DNA of 32,000 nt, from the NCBI RefSeq assembly GCF_024435075.2, contig NZ_JAMZEG020000002.1, positions 1,063,484 through 1,095,483 on the forward strand, in the 5' to 3' direction. The position numbers and the translations under genes were made by a program. Positions 29,401 through 32,000 of the stretch are shown here, piece by piece. The notes beneath the pieces were generated by a model. The model worked only from the letters and a program-made list of their open reading frames with translations, searched no databases and had not been told where the DNA came from. Position 1 is the stretch's first letter; the number at the start of each line of letters is the position of its first letter. Source of the stretch: Marinomonas maritima. Its GTDB lineage: Bacteria; Pseudomonadota; Gammaproteobacteria; Pseudomonadales; Marinomonadaceae.

Positions 29401-31654
29401 GAATATGAGATGCCTCTATGGTGTTTAAAGACATCTCAAACTTTTCCAAAACCTTTTGTACCGGCTCTCCACTATCCATAAAGAAAACCGTTCGATAAAT
29501 GTCGTGATTGGCAAATATTTGGTTAATCGCATAGGTTAAGGCGTCAACCTCTAAATGGCCTTTAAAATGCGTCGCCGCTTCAGCCAAATACGCCTTGCTA
29601 TCCGACTGACTTTGAAACATATACCACGCCACCATCTGTTGACTTGACAGTGGAAATTGGCTCGGCCTATTCTCACCACTCTCAGGCCCTTCGATTTTTA
29701 ATGGATTCTCTTCTGTTTGCTTCGACATCGCTTCAACTATCCCGACGATTGTCGGGTTTTGTCTAAATTCCTTCATATTCAAGCGACGGTTTAATCTTTT
29801 CTCCATTGTGCTCATAAAACGAATGGCAGCGATTGAATCCCCGCCAAGGGCAAAGAAATCATCGCGAATACCGATAGGTTCAAAATCGAAAATCGCTGCC
29901 CATATGTCTGCTATTTCCCGCTCTATCGCATCCCTCGCCGGCACATAAAATGAATTCCCCCTATTTGCTTTTGGGATAGGAAGCGCTTTGTGGTCAATTT
30001 TGCCATTTAGCGTTAACGGCCACTCATCTATAACGACTAATGAAGTGGGTATCATATAGTCCGGCAATAAAGACGCTAGCGTGTCGCGTACATTTTCAAC
30101 ATCAATATCAGACCCAGATTTTGGCGTCATATACGCCACGAGGTATTTGTGATCTCGACGCTTTTGGTCTAACACTAGAACGTGATCAATGCAGGTTAAT
30201 GTCGCTATCGCGCTTTCCACTTCGCCTAATTCAATTCGATGCCCTCGTATCTTTACTTGTCTATCACTTCTGCCTATAAATTCCAATTTGCCATCTTGCA
30301 TCCAACGTACGACATCACCTGTTTTATACAGTCGAGTATGACGGGCTTCACTATTAGCAAAAGGGTTATCAATAAATCGCTCTTCCGTAAGTTGTGGTCG
30401 ATTCAAATACCCCCTAGCAACACCAACACCACTAACGTGTAATTCACCCGACGAGCCCACTGGCAACAATTCACCCTGTTCACCTAACACATACAATTTA
30501 ATGTTGTTAACTGGCTTGCCAAGACAATTTATCGAAGCCTGCGAAGAGTGATCAAGATTATTGGTAACAGTGATCGTGGTTTCCGTCGGGCCATAAGAGT
30601 TAATCAGTAGACTGCCCCAAGTTTTGCTTAAAACAGATAGGCAGGCTTCTCCTCCACTGACAACACGTTTCAGTTTATGGGGTCTTCGACACTCGCCAAT
30701 TGCTGCTAGGTAACTAGGCGTTCCATGAATATGAGTGACTTCTTCCTCTACTATTAATCGATTTATGGTACTTGGATCTTTTATGTCATCTGTAGAGGGA
30801 ATCAGCAGCTTAGCGCCATTAAAAAGCGCCAAGAATAAAGTTTCTATGGAGGCATCGAAAATATAGTTGGATAACCAAATGACCGTTTCTTGCTCAGAAA
30901 AAGAATATAGTGTTGTCTGGTTTGCTACTAAATTAGTAACACCTTGGTGTTCAATTAACACCCCTTTTGGTTTACCCGTTGATCCTGATGTGTAAATAAC
31001 ATAGGCCAAGTCAGCGGCGTCATTAATGGCGTCAAGATTCTGTGTCGCGCTTTCAGTCAGGAGAGTATCGGTCGAAACAAACTTCATTTTCGATGCCTGC
31101 TCAAATGTCAGGCATGATAGCTTGTTTAGGTGGGATTCTTGAGTAAGTAGAAGCCGAGCTTGCGCATCTTCCAAGATAAACTGTAAACGCTTTTCTGGGT
31201 ATTCTGGTGACAAAGGCAAATAAGCACCACCTGCTTTCAACACAGCCAACATACTGATAACCATGTCAAAGCTTCGGTCAAAATAGAGTGGTATTAAACT
31301 ATCAGGTTGCAGCGCGCAGCCTGTCATCTCTTGATACTGGTAACGAATAACATGTGCCAGTTGATTTGCTCTACTATTAAGCTCTGCATAAGTCAGGCTA
31401 TGTCCAGCAAAGACAAGCGCTGTATTTTCCGGTGTTTTTTTAACCTGCTCTTCAAAGGCTTGAGAGATAGTTTGATACGAAAGGTTATCTGTGTCGGTAA
31501 GATTGCATGTATGGAAAAATGCGTGGGCTGCCTCGCCAGATAGCCCAAGCGTTGGCTGACTACTTTGTGCATAATTTGATCGATGATCAACATCATCTAT
31601 ATTAGTCACTGTATGACCCGACTTTAACTCCGTACCATCTATTGTTCTTTCCAT
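26426..31654 (-). CDS. Non-ribosomal peptide synthetase (NRPS-1), 1742 aa: A-T-C-A-T
   Basis: ATG at 31654, with GGAG/GGGTGG purine runs upstream. Stop TAA at 26426-28. Core motifs are listed in the domain entries below. Confidence 0.97.
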   Translation of the reverse strand: MERTIDGTELKSGHTVTNIDDVDHRSNYAQSSQPTLGLSGEAAHAFFHTCNLTDTDNLSYQTISQAFEEQVKKTPENTALVFAGHSLTYAELNSRANQLAHVIRYQYQEMTGCALQPDSLIPLYFDRSFDMVISMLAVLKAGGAYLPLSPEYPEKRLQFILEDAQARLLLTQESHLNKLSCLTFEQASKMKFVSTDTLLTESATQNLDAINDAADLAYVIYTSGSTGKPKGVLIEHQGVTNLVANQTTLYSFSEQETVIWLSNYIFDASIETLFLALFNGAKLLIPSTDDIKDPSTINRLIVEEEVTHIHGTPSYLAAIGECRRPHKLKRVVSGGEACLSVLSKTWGSLLINSYGPTETTITVTNNLDHSSQASINCLGKPVNNIKLYVLGEQGELLPVGSSGELHVSGVGVARGYLNRPQLTEERFIDNPFANSEARHTRLYKTGDVVRWMQDGKLEFIGRSDRQVKIRGHRIELGEVESAIATLTCIDHVLVLDQKRRDHKYLVAYMTPKSGSDIDVENVRDTLASLLPDYMIPTSLVVIDEWPLTLNGKIDHKALPIPKANRGNSFYVPARDAIEREIADIWAAIFDFEPIGIRDDFFALGGDSIAAIRFMSTMEKRLNRRLNMKEFRQNPTIVGIVEAMSKQTEENPLKIEGPESGENRPSQFPLSSQQMVAWYMFQSQSDSKAYLAEAATHFKGHLEVDALTYAINQIFANHDIYRTVFFMDSGEPVQKVLEKFEMSLNTIEASHIPLAQQENFLEQTFKTRLARLDNLSQLPLAEFLLVAFSNTHHVLLHQEHHIIHDGWSANEFTRELIEIYHAQVDHSYKIEINPPAQYSDFMFAQRDWLKSSYAEQQLEFWRNKLAGSPNGVALFGKKSRSLAFAGDHQKIIFSRAQWQAMEALCQQLGVTSFSFTSSILYLCLWRYSGQTDLSFGSAFANRNWSNSHTTLGMFVNTLVLRQQIDSSSSLRAFLTQTQATVDEAQSNEELPFIHVVEALNPERDGDSNPFFNVLLGFHDTPIYTDPIPGMQWHKDETVISDTSKFDIDCLVVPRGETFNENGEVHFLWEYRSDVYTQEEIASFLDSFKNVFLNVIDDFEQCSDLALEKLDIIPPSQAHLMVNDWGRGKPLSLETMQQFSGQDLVSAISAIALSTPDKLAVSSGPLDLTYGQLEGASTQLAVELADNNIQSGDKVAIVADRTPSLVIAMLAVFKMGACAVVIAPDLPAQRAVFVLSDSGSKLVLSDMIELSFLIDCPQSVVDITNAHRVTKALPMFSPVADNQNQSGYIIYTSGSTGVPKGVEIGYSALINDCLWHVDEFKLNENSVGTSLAYVGFDAFMAEVWPLLMVGGQVVLLSDNERDDLDTLSIVMARFNVTHTCLPTGLLEAACARNFNWPQSLDTLLVGGDKLGQVQFPADFHANLFNLYGPTETTVDATFYKMDPKNVISPPIGRPIANATARVVIDGQLAPVGVPGELYIGGAGVAKGYLNQPELTEERFVEAAHLSGPEEQNHRYYKTGDLVRWRSDGQLEFLGRLNDEVKVRGYRVALGEISSRLLENAEVSQAIALVREEAIYAYITLSEQEVLAWQTDQSSERVLTRKLRGLLKQSLPVYMRPNAIVVLANMPMTAQGKIDKTKLLSPLTGDTPLEIAATETEKTLVAIWQDSLTRDQVGVTDNFFSIGGHSLLAMKMIGRIRLELQVELKMSDFFTQATIRDLASYIDAILSARDQVPTDLVLNMEEGEI
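26495..26707 (-). other. NRPS-1 thiolation domain 2
   Basis: FFSIGGHSLLAMKMI. The Ser1683 codon at 26606-26608 was verified. Confidence 0.9.
26735..28237 (-). other. NRPS-1 adenylation domain, module 2
   Basis: Cores LTYGQLE, FKMGACAVVIAPD (atypical A2), YTSGSTGVPKGV, FDAF, NLYGPTETT, YKTGDLVRW, GRLNDEVKVRGYRVALGEI, QGKIDKTKL. The hand-read pocket, approximately DAACLGLVDK, matches no specificity I recognise. Confidence 0.88.
28340..29662 (-). other. NRPS-1 condensation domain (LCL-like)
   Basis: HHIIHDG is encoded at 29240-29260 (verified). The C1-like motif is PLSSQQMVAWYMFQ. Confidence 0.88.
29720..29932 (-). other. NRPS-1 thiolation (PCP) domain 1
   Basis: FFALGGDSIAAIRF. The Ser607 codon at 29834-29836 was verified as TCA. 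Confidence 0.9.
29975..31477 (-). other. NRPS-1 adenylation domain, module 1 (initiation)
   Basis: Cores LTYAELN, LKAGGAYLPL, YTSGSTGKPKGV, FDAS, NSYGPTETT, YKTGDVVRW, GRSDRQVKIRGHRIELGEVE, NGKIDHKAL. The hand-extracted pocket DAEHVGSITK resembles Lys codes such as DAESIGSVCK. This assignment is tentative. Confidence 0.9.
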
Positions 31655-31691
31655 AAAACCACCCTATCTCCAAATAAAAATACTAAAAAAA

Positions 31692-31721
31692 ATAAAATCT
31701 TGGCTGTATAATCGTTAGCAA
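31692..31721 (-). promoter_or_regulatory. Weak sigma-70-like candidate promoter for the NRPS operon
   Basis: On the minus strand: TTGCTA (31716-31721), an 18-nt spacer, then TTTTAT (31692-31697). This lies about 38 nt upstream of the ATG, within a 118-bp AT-rich spacer. The match is poor and I found no sigma-54 GG-N10-GC element. Confidence 0.2.
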
Positions 31722-31772
31722 CGAAACTAACTAGCACCCAATGAGCAATACAACTCAAGGCTGACTATTACA

Positions 31773-32000
31773 CTATCGTAGAAAAAACATCTGCTGATAT
31801 CTTTGGATTACCGAATGGAAACTTGACGCTTTTACGAAACCTAAAACGAAGCATACCGCCTTCAAACCCCAGACCTTGTCTCCGCGGATCAATGACGCTG
31901 AGGCGGCATCGTAAGTTCTTTTCAAATCTGCTGTATTAGCGTTAGGGGACGGGTCAATCGCAAGCGCGACACCAGTAAAGGTAGGTGTTCTCTTTCTCAT
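31773..32000 (-). CDS. Hypothetical protein; either a complete 75-aa ORF or 5'-truncated by the window edge
   Basis: It is the only ORF in this segment in any frame, and it has the same orientation as the NRPS operon. I recognise no motif in MRKRTPTFTGVALAIDPSPNANTADLKR... Confidence 0.3.
   Translation of the reverse strand: MRKRTPTFTGVALAIDPSPNANTADLKRTYDAASASLIRGDKVWGLKAVCFVLGFVKASSFHSVIQRYQQMFFLR

Noticed and set aside
5445-31654. Reading the three proteins as one colinear 8-module assembly line.
   Set aside because: NRPS-2 ends in an intact TE, and NRPS/PKS-3 has neither an N-terminal C domain nor a docking domain to receive a chain. Two separate lines fit the domain logic better.
31705-31712. 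A perfect TATAAT hexamer preceded by TG (CTGTATAAT) on the plus strand, in the spacer upstream of NRPS-1.
   Set aside because: It faces away from the NRPS operon, into the antisense of the 31773-32000 ORF. It has no -35 match (TAAAAA at the expected spacing) and no downstream plus-strand ORF. It is likely a chance match in AT-rich DNA, though an antisense or divergent transcript cannot be excluded.
1-32000. CRISPR arrays, tRNA/rRNA genes, IS elements or transposases, integrases, and phage or defence-system genes.
   Set aside because: I found no short direct-repeat/spacer periodicity, no tRNA-like cloverleaf candidates in the few intergenic regions, and no transposase or integrase-like ORFs. 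Essentially all of the sequence is accounted for by the nine CDSs.

Overview
The window has two parts.

**Part 1 (1-4963, + strand).** This is a tightly packed housekeeping operon: lptB-rpoN-ptsN-npr-mgtE-yjgA. The gene order is typical of gammaproteobacteria. hpf and rapZ, which usually sit inside this operon, are absent.

**Part 2 (5445-31654, - strand).** About four fifths of the window is three back-to-back megasynthase genes of 1742, 3962 and 3012 aa. Together they form a hybrid NRPS-PKS biosynthetic cluster. Domain strings read by hand from core motifs, in transcription order:
- NRPS-1: A-T-C-A-T
- NRPS-2: dock-C-A-T-C-A-T-E-C-A*-T-TE
- NRPS/PKS-3: A-T-C-A-T-KS-KR-ACP-TE

**Unusual points in the cluster.**
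- There are two initiation modules (A-T with no upstream C) and two terminal thioesterases in one apparent operon. This implies two assembly lines: a 5-module peptide line and a 2-module-plus-ketide line.
- The last A domain of NRPS-2 (A*) has decayed A3, A8, A9 and A10 cores, including loss of the A10 lysine. It is probably inactive.
- The PKS module has an apparently competent KS (Cys-His-His) but no AT domain, and no AT gene lies in the window.
- NRPS-2 begins with a TubC-like docking domain, and its ATG overlaps the NRPS-1 stop codon (TAATG).

**Not seen in the window.** I found no tRNA, rRNA, CRISPR array, IS element or integrase. I also found no MbtH-like gene, PPTase, transporter or tailoring gene.

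**Limits.** I do not recognise this domain order as a characterised cluster, but I cannot run a database search. Domain boundaries are approximate (about +/-30 aa). Catalytic-residue codons were checked against the nucleotide sequence by hand.
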